A stretch of DNA of 64,000 bases from Okamejei kenojei. Taxonomy: Eukaryota. This document shows, one piece after another, positions 11,636 to 24,520 of this stretch. Both the position numbers and the translations under genes were made by a program. The first letter of the stretch is position 1, and each line of letters opens with the position of its first letter. The stretch is from contig CM069166.1 of NCBI GenBank assembly GCA_035221665.1, forward strand, positions 3,968,001 to 4,032,000, read 5' to 3'. Below the pieces are notes generated by a model. It was given only the letters and a program-made list of their open reading frames with translations. It had not been told where the DNA came from and searched no databases.

Positions 11636-12899
11636 AGCTCTCTCTACACCACTCATCTCCTAACGTGCACCATGCAGATAATATGTGTAGGAAGGAACCG
11701 CAGATGCTGGTTTAAACCAGAGTCCCGAAACACCACCTCTTCCTTTTCTCCAGAGATGCTGTCAGATCCATTGCTTGCTCCAGCTTTTGTGTCATGTAGA
11801 TAATAATCTGCTTTTAGATTCCTTTTGCTGAAGTGCTTAAATTCTATTTGCCAAGGTTTTGCTCAGGCACTCAACCTATCTACTGTATATCCCTTTGCAG
11901 ACCCCAAATATCATCAATGTCACGTGACCTCCAACCTATTTTCTTGTCCTCACCTTGTCCAGGTCAACCAGCATTTGTGAACGGTCAAGTATCTTAGATT
12001 GATTATATGTTAAGTAACAGTCCTGACAAAAGTTACACCGAGCATGATAATGGGAATGAGAGAAAAAAAATAAGGAAGGAGAAAGCGTGTGAATAGGTTT
12101 AGAATATGAGGAAGAAGAATAAAATAAGATTATAAATTCATGAAATGCAGTGAATTGAGACATTCAGCAGAGTCAATGCTTAGGGACAAGGAAGGAAAAT
12201 AGGTGACATCATTAAAAGTGGTTCTTGTCCATCAACGTTAGGGACACTTGATTGTGACATGCTTTATTGTCTTATGTACTGGGGGCGAGCGTAGCTCATC
12301 ACAGCTGCATCCTTAATCAGGAAGAACATATCCTTTTCAATTTGTCACCCCGGAGCAATAATGACTCCTGCAGTAAATGTATTTGAGACGTTTCCTGTTC
12401 ATTAGCATTGGAGCAGAGATTCTCACATGCCAAGAGGAATAGATCGGGTAGATGCACAGTCTCTTGCCCAGAATAGGTGTGTCGAGAGCCAGAGGACATT
12501 GGTTTAAGGTGAAGGGGAAAAGATTTAATAGGAATCTGAGGAGTAACTTTTTCACACAAAGGATGTTGGGTGTATGGAATGAGCTGCCAGGGAGCTAATT
12601 GAGGCAGGGACTATCCCAAAATTTAAGAAACAGTTAAACAGTTGCATGGATAGGACAGGTTTGGAGGTATATGGACCAAACGCGAGCAGGTGGGCCTAGT
12701 GTAGCTGGGTCATGTTGGTCGGCATGGGCAAGTTGGGCCAAAGGGCCTGTTTCCATGCTGTATCATTCTATGAACCGTGCAGGCTCCAGGGAAACTAATC
12801 TGTAAATCTCAATTCATTGTCATGGCTTACTCACAATTCACTCAAAAACTCTAATTTGATAAACATAATTAGTCAAGCAAGGATTGACAGAAATATGGT

Positions 12900-13001
12900 A
12901 AATGAAAGAGTGAAAATTGAATGAAACGTAAACTTTCATTTACTTTCGATTTTCCTGTTGCTCATTTCCTGACATCAAGCCCATGTGGTTGCCATGGTTA
13001 C
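12900..13001. promoter_or_regulatory. Candidate immune enhancer: IRF-like GAAA repeats, ETS/NFAT cores, RUNX site, RFX X-box
   Basis: AAATGAAAGAGTGAAAATTGAATGAAAC and ACTTTCATTTACTTTCGATTTTC; TTTCCTG twice; TGTGGTT at 12984-12990; GTTGCCATGGTTAC at 12988-13001. All lie in non-repeat DNA. Confidence 0.4.
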
Positions 13002-15380
13002 TACACAAAGAATTGATGGAAGTTACAATAGCATGGGGTGGGCAGAATTTCTATTTCTCTGTGGCTTTCAGCATTTGAATCTGTTTGCTGCTTTACATAT
13101 GTTCTGATGTAGTTATCAGATATAAAGCCAGTGTGATTCTCTCACCATGGCCTCTATTTCTAACTAACAAATGCAATATTAAAAATTACCCACGTATGGA
13201 TATATTTGTGTAGGACGGAACTGCGGATGCTGGTTTACACCGAGTCTACTTAATCAATCCTCATGTAACAAACTCCAGGAAAAAAATGCTATTTGACCCA
13301 ATTATTCCTTGCAGAAGCAAGTTCCAAATACTCATCATGCTTTAGATTTTTTTATTAATCACTTGAATTGCTTTTTGGATTTATTAGTCTTCTATTTATG
13401 GCCAATATTTTTGATGTCTCCCATGTGCAAACATCTTTTCTATATCTACCCTACCAACTCTTGTCATGAAGCACTCATAGACTCATAGACTATTACAGCG
13501 TGTAAACAGGCCCTTCGACCCAACTTGCCCACACCAGCCAACATGTCCCAGTTACACTGCCTTCGTTTGGCCCATAGCCCTCCAAACCTGTCCTATCCAT
13601 GCACCTGTATAACTGTTTCTTAAATGTTGGGATAGTACTACCTTCTCTGGCAGCTTGTTCCGTACGCTCACCACTCTTTTTGTGAAAAAGCTACCCCTCA
13701 GATTCCTATTAAATCTTTTCCCTTTTACTATTGTGCTGGTGCCAAAGAGAGCAAGCCAGTAAGACTGCTGATGCTGGGTTAAACCAAAGATAGACACAAA
13801 ATTCTGGAGTAACGCAGTGGGTCAGGCAGCGTCTCTGGAGAGAAGGAATGGAAATCATGAAACGTCACCTATTCGTTCTCTCCGGAGATGCTGCCTGTCC
13901 CGCTGAGTTACTCCACCATTTTGTGTCTATGCCAGTAAGACTAATGGCTAACGCGTTGTGGCTCTGATGTCCACGATCGTGATGTGCTTTGTGAGGCTGC
14001 TCATGCACGCACATTCACTCCAGCGTTCCAGACAGCCTCAATCCACTGCAATTCACCTACAGTTGCAACAGGTCCGCAGCAGATAGCATCTCCCTGGCCC
14101 TAACACTCATCCCTGAAACATCTGAATACCGACGGCACCTAAATCTCAGCCCCCCCCCCCCCCCCCACCCCTATTTATAGACTATAGCTCCAACAACCAA
14201 TCTCTGGACCTATATCTCAGCAACCTCCTCTGCAATTTAATGCTTGATTCCAACCTTGGGATCACCACCTCTCGTAAAGACTCTTCCCCAGACTCTCGGA
14301 GGGATCTTGGGGTCAGTTGGTACAAAACCTTGCAGATTCTCCTTATAAATTCACATCAAGAGTGAGTAAATCCTATCTCTGGGATTTTCTCCAGAGATGT
14401 TCCTACACAACATGCTCAACACTGGTGTGGCATAAGGTTGTGGTCTCAGCCGCTTTCTATACTCCCTTTGCACTCGTGACTGGGTGGCCACACTCTGCTC
14501 TGACACCACAATGGGCCAGGTTGCAATCGACTCTGGGAACAAGAGGATGCCAACAACCTCTCCCTCAGTGTCAGCAAAGCAAGGAAGCTGGTTATCGACT
14601 TCAGGGAATGGGCACTCCAGTCCGAGCATCAAGTCCGTGCCATCAATGCTGAGAGGAGGTGGCCAAGAGCTATCGGGATGTAAACATCACCGACCACTTG
14701 TCCTGGTCTGATCACTTGATGCAACAGCCAACAAATCATGTGGTTTCCATTCTCCGATGCCTGGACATTTGGAGTGGGATTTAGCCATTAACTGATGACC
14801 TTTAAGCCAAACCTGTAGACTTTACTTTGCGGAAACAGGCCCTTCAGCCATCGGCTGGAGGAAACTGTACAGGGAGAACGCTGTACAGACACGCACCCAT
14901 GGTCAGGATTGAACCCGGTTTCTGATGCTGTAAGGCAGCAACTCTACCACTGCGCCACTCGGCACCTCATGGCAACTCTATCCCAGTCACCCCCCCATAG
15001 TCAGCAGCTAATTACAGCCATCTAGCCCCAGCAGCAAACATGACCTACCCTTCCTGTAGACACTAATGATTCAACCCTATCATCTCTCCATTGTTACCCT
15101 GATCTAAGCTTCAGGGTCCCAATCCATCCAACTACCACGATGGGACTTGTTCAAAATAGAACACACAGACGCTTCTACTTCCTGTGAAGGCCAAGGAATG
15201 TTGGCATATCTCCATTGGCTCTTACTCATTTCTGTAGACGTAGCACATAAAGCATCCTAATCAGACGCATGGCATCTGCTCTGCCCAAGTTTGCAAGGAA
15301 CTGCCGAGATGTGAATACAGCTCTGTGCCTCTCACAAACCGGCCTCTCCCCACCTCGCCCACCCACCAGTGACTGCACAT

Positions 15381-16229
15381 AAGATAAGATAAGATGCATT
15401 TATTTGTCACATGTGCCAATTGGCACAGCAAAATTAAATCACCATACAGCCATACAGTAAAAATAAAGAACACAACGTGGAGTAGATAGAATTCAACATA
15501 AAACATCCCCCCACAGCAGGATCAAAATTTCCCACTGTGAGGGAAGGCACCAAAGTCAGTCTCTTCCCAATGTTCCCCACTGTTCCCCCGTGGTCAGGGC
15601 CTCCCTGAGCCCCCTGCAGTCGCCGCTACGGGCAGCCCGATGTTCAGACCCGCTCCCCGGGGTGATGTAAGTCCGACGTCGGGGCTGGGGGACGTCCTCA
15701 GCGGGCTGGACCCTGTCGGCCCCCTCCTACCGGAGTCTGCGAGTCCCAAAGTCCACTGGCCACGCCGGGTGGAGATGCAACGCTGGAGGCCCTCGACAAA
15801 GGGCCCCAGGACTCCAGGGAGTTGTTCAGCGCCTCCCGCTTTGTGAGCTCTCTAAACCAGAGCTCCACAATGTTGGAGCAGCGGCCCAACGCTCCGGCGC
15901 TCCAATGGCGACCCAGGTAGGCATCGCCAGCTCCATGGTGACTCCAGCGCCGCGCCGCCGCTGTTGCAGCTCTGGTCCGGTTCCCGGTCCCCGGCAGGAA
16001 AGGCCGCTCCGATCCAGGAGGTCGGCCGCAAGGTGGGGGCAAGGACGCGACTCGGAGAAATAGTCGCGTCCCCGCCAGGAAGCGACTGGGAGTTCGTTTC
16101 CCCCTTACCCTGCCCCCTCCCCCACATAGAAAAGTTAAAGACTCCCCCAAAAACAAACTCCCCCAAAAACTGGCTAAAAATTTTTTAAAAGATGGAAAAA
16201 CAAACGGGCTGCAGGCAGAGGCTGCTGGC
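15381..16229 (-). mobile_element. GC-rich non-autonomous retroposon with a Rex1/L2-like 3' tail
   Basis: Minus-strand tail ...GTGACAAATAAATGCATCTTATCTTATCTT; CpG-rich body with no credible ORF. It interrupts a decayed Rex1-like RT fragment. A related 3' end lies at ~9540-9805. Confidence 0.55.
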
Positions 16230-17168
16230 AGTCCACACATAAACACACTGCCTTGGGAAACCTGCCAATATAATCTAAGACCAGCGCGACCATCGGGTCC
16301 AGCACAAAATGATGGAGTAACTCAGTGGGACAGGCAGCAACTCTGGAGGAAAGGAATAGGTGATGTTTCAGGTCATCGAAGCAGGGGACTTGGTAGATTC
16401 AACATTTATTTCCTCGTTAATAGGAGGAGAAAGTGATGGCTGAGACTTGTTTTCGGTTGTTGGTTGAGAGTTGTCTGAAGAAGGGTCTCGTCCCGAAACG
16501 TCACCCATTCCTTCTCTCCAGAGATGCTGCCTGTCCCTCTGAGTTACTCCAGGATTTTGTGTCTATATTTGGTTTAAACCAGCATCTACAGTTCCTTCCT
16601 ACACATGCAATGCATTGAGCTTGCTGGGGACGGAGGGGACGTGTTGTGATCAGCGATTCTGCCAATTCCACTGTGTAGCTGTTTACAGTGTGCAAGGCTT
16701 GCAACGATCGACGTGAGCCTGTGTGAATAAGCTGCGACTATGGCTTGGTATGGAGTGGAGATGTGCAGGCAAAACTGCTTTATTTTTAAACAAATACTCT
16801 CATAATACTCTCATTTGTCTTCCTAATTGTTCGCCATGTCTGCAAGGTGATGTGTACATGGACATGTACGTGCTTGTGAACATCCAAAATACCCTCCTTT
16901 TACATTTTGTGCTCTAAAGTGGATGACCTCATATTTTTCACTGCACATCCCATTTGGGAATACTCCTCCCAATTCTTGCATCTTTACTTTTTGTGAAGAG
17001 GGAAGAATGAGTCCATTCAAGCATTTTGATGAAAATCAGTCAGAACAACATGACATTCTTTCAATTCAAGATAATTTAGACTGTTAAATTATCCTGTTTA
17101 CAGTTAAGTTCAAAGCCACTGGCTATCTCCCAGTGTAATCAAATGGCTCAAGGATTATTGGTTTAGAC

Positions 17169-17427
17169 ACAGAGTGCTGGAGTAACTCAGTGGGTCAGGC
17201 AGCATCTGTGGAGAACATGGATAGGTGACGTTTCACAGAGTGCTGGAGTAATTCAGTGGGTCAGGCAGCATCTGTGGAGAACATGGATAGGTGACGTTTC
17301 ACAGAGTGCTGGAGTAACTCAGTGGGTCAGGCAGCATCTGTGGAGAACATGGATAGGTGACGTTTCACAAAGTGCTGGAGTAGCTCAGCGGGTCAGGCAC
17401 ATCTGCGGAGAACATGGATAGGTGACA
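17169..17427. repeat. 66-bp tandem repeat x4 derived from the Penelope terminal repeat
   Basis: Units start at 17169, 17235, 17301 and 17367: ACAGAGTGCTGGAGTAACTCAGTGGGTCAGGCAGCATCTGTGGAGAACATGGATAGGTGACGTTTC. Confidence 0.9.
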
Positions 17428-18274
17428 GTCCCAAATCTTCTGGCACTTTGTGGCCAAAGAGGAAACAAAGAATCTCTGTCATGGCGTAGAGACAATGAAC
17501 TGCAGATGCTGGTTAATGTACAACATGACACAAAGTGCTGGAGTAACTCAGCAGGTGTGGCAACATCTCTGGAGAACATTGTTAGGTGACACTTTGGGTC
17601 GAGACACGAGAAGGAGCCTGATGGAAAAGGCCACCTATCCATGTTCTCCAGACATGCTGCCCGACCCGCTGAGTTACTCCAACACTCTGTGTCCATCTCT
17701 GTCATGACCCCAGCAATCTCCTCACTTGCTTCCCTCAGGCTCAACAGATAGATCCTATCAGACTCCAAGAACTTATCCACATTAATGTTTTTCAAAAGAC
17801 CCAACATATTTTTCTTAATATAAATATACTGGATGAGTACCTGAATATGGAAAGTTTAGTGGATTGTGTGCCAAACGTGGACAAATAGGACTAGCTTTGA
17901 TGGGGAATCTTGGTTGTCATGCATTAGTTGGACAAAGAGCCTGTTTCCATGTTGTATGACTGGAGATGCAACATGGAAATAGGCTCTTTGGCCCTGCAGC
18001 CCATGCTGACCATTGATCACCCGCACACTATATCTTTTGGCTAATGGATTTGAAGTCTATCTGCAAGGCAGTGGCATGTTAACAAGCTGCATGTCTCTAT
18101 AAAGATTCCCCACCCTAATCTCACTATCATCCATATCCTTCTGCTTGGTGAAATGCTGTTGCAAAATACTCCTAAATAACCTCACCCACTTCCTCTGGCT
18201 CCACATGTACATTTCTTCCTTTGTACTTGAGTGAACCTACCTTTCCCCTGCCAACCCTCTGCTTTGGGATACTC

Positions 18275-18431
18275 CTGGGGGCTGTGTTCATCAGCAGCCT
18301 GCATGTGTGGAGCAGACCAGCAAACAGCGCAGCACGTCATTTTCGACTGCGCTGTCCTCCGCCCCCCTGGTGGAGGGGTAGACCTCACGGCCCTCGACAA
18401 CAGCACATTGAACTGGCTACAGCGGCTCTAG
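18275..18431 (+). mobile_element. Ingi/Vingi (I-group) non-LTR retrotransposon C-terminal fragment
   Basis: WGLCSSAACMCGADQQTAQHVIFDCAVLRPP...LDNSTLNWLQRL*: a CxC...H...C zinc knuckle and C-terminus typical of Ingi/Vingi ORFs. Confidence 0.65.
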
Positions 18432-21400
18432 GGCGTTTCATTTTAACTAAATATGTAATGTCTCATCATCCCAAGTTCCCTAACTGTGTCACAGCTGGTG
18501 TACTAGATACAGTTCTGGTCACCAGACTAAAGGAAGGATTTAGAGTCATAGAGTGATACAGTGGGGAAACAGGCCCTTCGGCCCAACTTGCCCACACCGG
18601 CCAACATATCCCAGCTACACTCGTCCCACCTGCCTGCATTTTGCCCATAACCCTTCAAACTTGTCCTATCCATCCAGTTAGGAGAGAGGTCCTAATGTCG
18701 GAGGCAGGAGGATCATCAGAGACACCACGTGGGAAGAATCAGGCAAGAGTTAGTTTCAATTGTTTCCTCCTGGTGTAAGAATAAGAGATATGTCAGAGTT
18801 AGTTGCCCACAGCTGACAAAAATGGTAGTGAACCATCTCAATAAATGGAACAGCGACTCGATTATTGTCAGTCCGAAGCAGCAGCCTGCTCCGAATCACC
18901 TATCCATGTTCTCCAAAAATGTTGCTTGACCCTCTGAGTTACTCCAGCACCGTGTCTTTTTGTACAAACCAGCATCTGCAGTTCCTTGTGTCTCCATTTT
19001 TAAAAAGCCATTGAGTCTCCACCCACTTCCCGGCTCTTGGTTTGTAGCCTTGTAGTTCGTAGTTCACTTTAGTTTAGCTTAGAAATACAGTGCGGAAACA
19101 GGCCCTTCGGCCTACTGAATCTGCACCGACCAGCGATCCCCGTACATTGACATTATCCCACACACACACACACGAGGGACAATTTTACATTCATACCAAG
19201 CCAATTAACATACAAACCTATCCATCTTTGGTGTGTGGGAGGAAACCGAATGCGGTGATGGGGCAGAACATACAAACCGTATAGACAGCACCCGTAGTCA
19301 GGATCGAACCGGGGTCTCCGTTACAAAGGGTGGTATGTACGGAACGAGCTGCCAGAGGAGGTAGTTGAGGACGGGACGAATGGAACATTTAAAGAGGTAC
19401 ATGGATAGGACAGATTTAGTGGAATATACTGTAGGCCAAACGCAGTCAGGTGGGACTAGGGTACATGGGACGTGTTGGCCAGTGTGGGCAAGTTGGGCTG
19501 AATGGCCTGTTTCCACGCTGTAAGCCTCTATGACTATTTCTCCAGGCTATTTATACTGATGGCCCAGAGCTGACCTCCCAGTCATTTCTCATCCTCCGGA
19601 GGGGAAGTCACTCACGGTGTCTCTGTGTTTGCCCAGATACAACGTGTGCAGGAGGGGGAGATGAGGCTGTGAATCTGCTCACTACCACTCTGTGGTGGGG
19701 GCCGTGGGCAGAGGATTGCAGGAACTTCTCTACCACTGTGTCAGCCCTGAATCGGCGGAGAATGTGGAAGGGACATGCCCTGGGCTGCAAAATGAAAGAA
19801 CAGAAACCAATAGAATTAGCAGCAACGTGGGAACAACCAATAGAGAGGAAGTATTAAGTCTCAGTCATTTACAAAATGGGGAATTAGTGAATAGTGTTCA
19901 TTAAAATCATCATGAACAGCTGATGCTGGATATCTGGAATTAAACAGAATGCTGGAAACACTCAGCGGTCAGGTAGGGAGAAACAGATTGATGTTATTTT
20001 ATTCGTACCAAAGGTTACTCTGATTCCTTCTCCACACATTCTGCCTGTCCTGCTAAATATCCCCAACTTCGACAGATGCACCGTATAAAGCATTTTCACA
20101 GCATAGTTTGGGAACAGCTCCATCCAAGACTTTTACTGGACTTTATCCTGCGCTAAACATTATTCACGTTATTCCCTTATGTCATGTATCTGTACACTGT
20201 GGGAAGCTCGATTGTAATCATGTATTGTCTTTCCGCTGACTGGATAGCACGCAACAAAAGTTCTTCTCTGTACCTCGGTACACGTGACAATAAACTAAAT
20301 TAAATTAAACTAAACTAAATCAAAACTAAACATCCCATGTTTTGTTTAAGAAGGAACTGCAGATGCTGGACAATTGAAGGTAGACAAAAATGCTGGAGAA
20401 ACTAAGCGGGTGAGGCAGCAGCTATGGAGCGAAGGAAATAGGCGACATTTCTGGTCGAGGCCCTTCTTCAGACTGATGTGAGGGTGGGGAGGGCGGGAAG
20501 AAGAAAGGAAGAGGCGGAGACATGGGCTGAGGGAGAGCTGGGAAGGGGAGGGGAAAGAGGGAGAAAGCAGGAACCAATGTGTTGTATCTCATGTTTTGTA
20601 TACCCTTATATCAATCACCATTTGCAGTTCTGTATTAAATCCATTCAAAGGTCATTCACAAGCACAACCATCAAGGTAGTTTGTCACTGAGTCATTCAGG
20701 AAAGGATGTGGGTAGGTAACGCAAAATATACTTGAAAGAACTGTAGGATTTAAGAAAAGCTTAAGAAGTAAAAAGAGGTTGTTAATTCTAAGGGGAGGAA
20801 GATTCAGAGCCAACAGCTGCCATTGAGTCAAATCCTGAAAGATCAAGTAGCCAGAATTAGCAATGCGGAAATGGAAGACAGCGGAACTGCGAGAGGTTAC
20901 CAATAAAGGAGCACGAGGCAATTAGAGGGAACCAAAAATGCACAAGAGCATTTTTAAATGAACAAAATTGCCAAACTGACAACTCATTAAGTGTGGTCAC
21001 CTGAACCAGTATAATGAGTGAATGGGGTTTGGGGCAAGAACACCAGGGTTGTGGAGGAGCTCTGGTTTATGGAGAGTGAAAGGGGTGAGATTGACTTAGT
21101 ACGTAGTGGAATTATTGAGTTTCTGGGAAAGAGGGGCAAGGGTGAGGGTCTCAGCAGCAGAGTGGTGATGTTACTAAGGAGGAAACACGTTACTGGTGAT
21201 GGGGAAGATATGGTGTCAGAAGGTCTATCCTGGGTTAATGGTTCATCATAAGAATGTCTATTTTAAACAACTGTAGTCCCAGAGGTAATGTTGGGAAAGG
21301 CAGCAGTCAATTTTCACAAGCTAATCTGCCACAATCTATCATATAATGTTATGAGAGGCATAGATACGGCAGACAATCAAAACCTTTCTCCCAGCATGGA

Positions 21401-21524
21401 AAAGTCCAACACTGGAGGGCATATCTATAAGGTGAGTGGGGAAAAGATAAATGGAGAAGTGCAGGACAGGGGCAAGTTATTTACACAGTGAGTGGTGGGA
21501 GCCTGGAACATAATGCCAGGGGTT

Positions 21525-21830
21525 ATTTTAGTTTAATTTAGTTTAGAGATACAGCGTGGAACAAGACCCTTCAGCCCACCAAGTCTGTGCGACCAGCAAT
21601 CCTCGTACACTGACACTATCCTACGCGCACTGGGGACAATTTACAATTTTAACAAAGCCAATTGGCCTACAAACCTGTATTAACGTGGGAGAAAACCGGA
21701 GATCCCAGAGAAACCCCACACAGATCCCGGGGAGAACATGCAATCTCCGTACAGACAGCAGCACCCCTAGTTAGGATCGTACCTGGGTCTCTGGCGCTGT
21801 AAGGCAGCAACTCTACCACTGTGTCACCAC
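21525..21830 (-). mobile_element. V-SINE (HE1-like) inserted in a CR1 3' fragment (~21335-22000)
   Basis: Full SINE on the minus strand; CR1 sequence resumes after it. Confidence 0.75.
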
Positions 21831-24520
21831 CAGTGGTGGAGAGAGATATGATAGTGGTGTTCATGAGGCTTTTAGATAGGCACGGAGGTACAGGAAATAG
21901 AGGGATATGGATCATGTGCAGGCAGATGGGATCAGTTTAACTTGGCATCACAGACATTGTAGGCTGAAAGGCCCCGTCCTATACTGTACTGTTCTACAAA
22001 CTTCGTTTTGGTTACAACTAGATGATCTTTGTTTAAGATGTTGATTGAAGGATAAACATTAGTCAGGACACAGTTAATAACTTCTCATCTTCATCGTTCT
22101 ATGGAATCTTTAACATCCACGTAGGAGAGCAGACAAGAGCTCAGCTTAACGTGCAGTGTGAGAGATGGGCTTCTTCTTAATGTTTCCTCCTGATACTCCT
22201 TCAGTGTTGCACCAGAGGAACAGTGTGGGTGTCTCTCTGCTCAAACCCCTGGCTTGGGACTTGAACTCAGACCATTTTGACTATCGGATCCACTGACGGC
22301 CTCTGCAGTCTTCTGTGGCAAACCATTGGTTCACAGCTGATGGACATCATTGTTCCAGATGCTGGCTGGGAATAGGGATGGGGAGAGTGTATAAACTGTG
22401 TGCCAGGGTCCAGGATAATGGCTTTAGAACAGAACAATACAGCACAGAAACAGACCCTTCAGCCCATAATGTCTGTCCCGGACATAATGCCAACAAGCTC
22501 TTATCTGCCTGCACATATCACATATCCCTCCATTCCCTGCACATCCATGTGCCAATCCACAAATCTCTTAAATGCCATTATCATATCTGCCTCAACCATA
22601 AGGTCACAAGGAATAGGAGTAGAATTAGGCCATTCGGCCCATCAAGTCTGCACCATTCAATCATGGTTGATCTAACCCCATTCTCCTGCCTTCTCCCCAT
22701 AACCTCTGACACCTGTGCTAATCAAGAATCTATCTATTTCTGCCTTAAAAAATCCACTGACAGCCTCTACAGCCTTCTGTGGCAAAGAATTCCACAGATT
22801 CACCACCCACTGGCTAAAGAAATTCCTCCTCAACTCCTTCCTAAAAGAATGTCCTTTAACTCTGAGGCTGTGATCTCTAGTTCTAGATTCTCCCACTAAT
22901 GGAAACATCCTCTCCACATCCACTCTATCCAAGCCTTTCACTATTCTGTATGTTTCAATGAGGTCCCTCCTCATTCTTCTAAACTCCAGCCCAGTGCCGA
23001 CAAACGCTCATCATAGGTTAACCTACTAATTCCTGGGATCATTCTTGTAAGCCTCCTCTGGACCCTCTCCAGAGCTAGCATATCCTTCCTCAGATATGGT
23101 GCCCAAAATTGTTCACAATATTCCAAATGCGGCCTTACCAGTGCCTTTTTTTGTTTACAAGCTCTCTTGAAATAAAGGCTAGCATTGAGTTTGCTTTCTT
23201 TAGTTTAGAGATACGGCGTGGAAACCGATTTACTACCGATTCGACTTGCAGAATAAGTTTTTGCCGACCCTGCAAAGATGAAAAGTTTTCTTAAGAATTG
23301 CAATCTCCCATCCTTTAACGAGGAGGAACGGGATGAATTAGGTGCTCAGATAACAACTGAAAAGTGGAAAAACGCCAGGTCTGGACGGGTTTAGTAATGA
23401 ATTTTACAAAAGATTCAATGATTCAATTTCCCCACGCTTACGAGGCCTTTATATTCAAGCATTTAAAGAACAGACTTTACCACAAACCCTTGCCGAATCA
23501 ACCATTACATTGATTCCAAAAAAAGATAAAAACCTTGAAGAGCCTGGATCATATAGGGCAATAGCTCTTTCAAATACAGACCAGAAGATATTAGCCAAGA
23601 CTTTGGCACGTAGATTAAGCCTGCTTATTAGTAAATTAATACATTCAGATCAAACTGGGTTTATGCCTAATCGACATTCGTTTTATAATTTGTTTAATAT
23701 AATATACTCGCATAGAACGACAAACAAAGACTTAACAATTATTTCTCTAGACGCAGAAAAAGCTTTCGACCAAATGGAATGGGCTTATCTTTTCATAGTC
23801 TTGGATAAATTCCAATTAGGAAAAAACTTGAAAAAAAATTCACTTATCCAGGGGTAACAGACAAGGTGCACCCTTTCACCAATGTTATTTGCTTTAGCCA
23901 TAGAACCCCTTGCAGAGAGTATTAGATTACATTCGGGCATTCCTGGATATAACACTAAATATACCAGCAATAAGATTTTGTTATATGCAGACAATGTATT
24001 TTTATACATTACTAATTCCCAAGTTAGTATCCCAAATCTATTAAACGTTACAGATCAATTTGGTGCCTTTTCAGATTATAGAGAAAATTGGAATAAATGT
24101 GAAATTATATCAATACAAGCTCAAGATCCTTCTCAACTCCAAAAATTTCGCTTCAGAATTGTTACCGAAAAATTTAGATATCTCGGAGTTTACGTGACTA
24201 GAAAATACACCTCTCTATTTAAAACAAATTTCCCACCACTAATTACTAAACTAAATGCCTACATTCAATTCTGGTAAACACTCCCTATTTCCTTTATAGG
24301 TAGAGTAAATGCCATAAAGATGATCTCCCTTCCACAACCTATATTTATTTCAATCAATACCGATATATCTCCCCAAAAGTTAAAAAAAAATTGATTCTAC
24401 TATGACTAACTTCATGTGGGACCACAAAACCCACAGAATACACAAAATACATTTGCGCAAATCCAAAGAAAACAGAGGATTAGCTCTTCTTAATTTTCTT
24501 TTCTATCACTGGGCGACTAA

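Noticed and set aside
15698-16246. 182-aa and overlapping ORFs
   Set aside because: GC-rich repeat body open in several frames, with no domain motifs.
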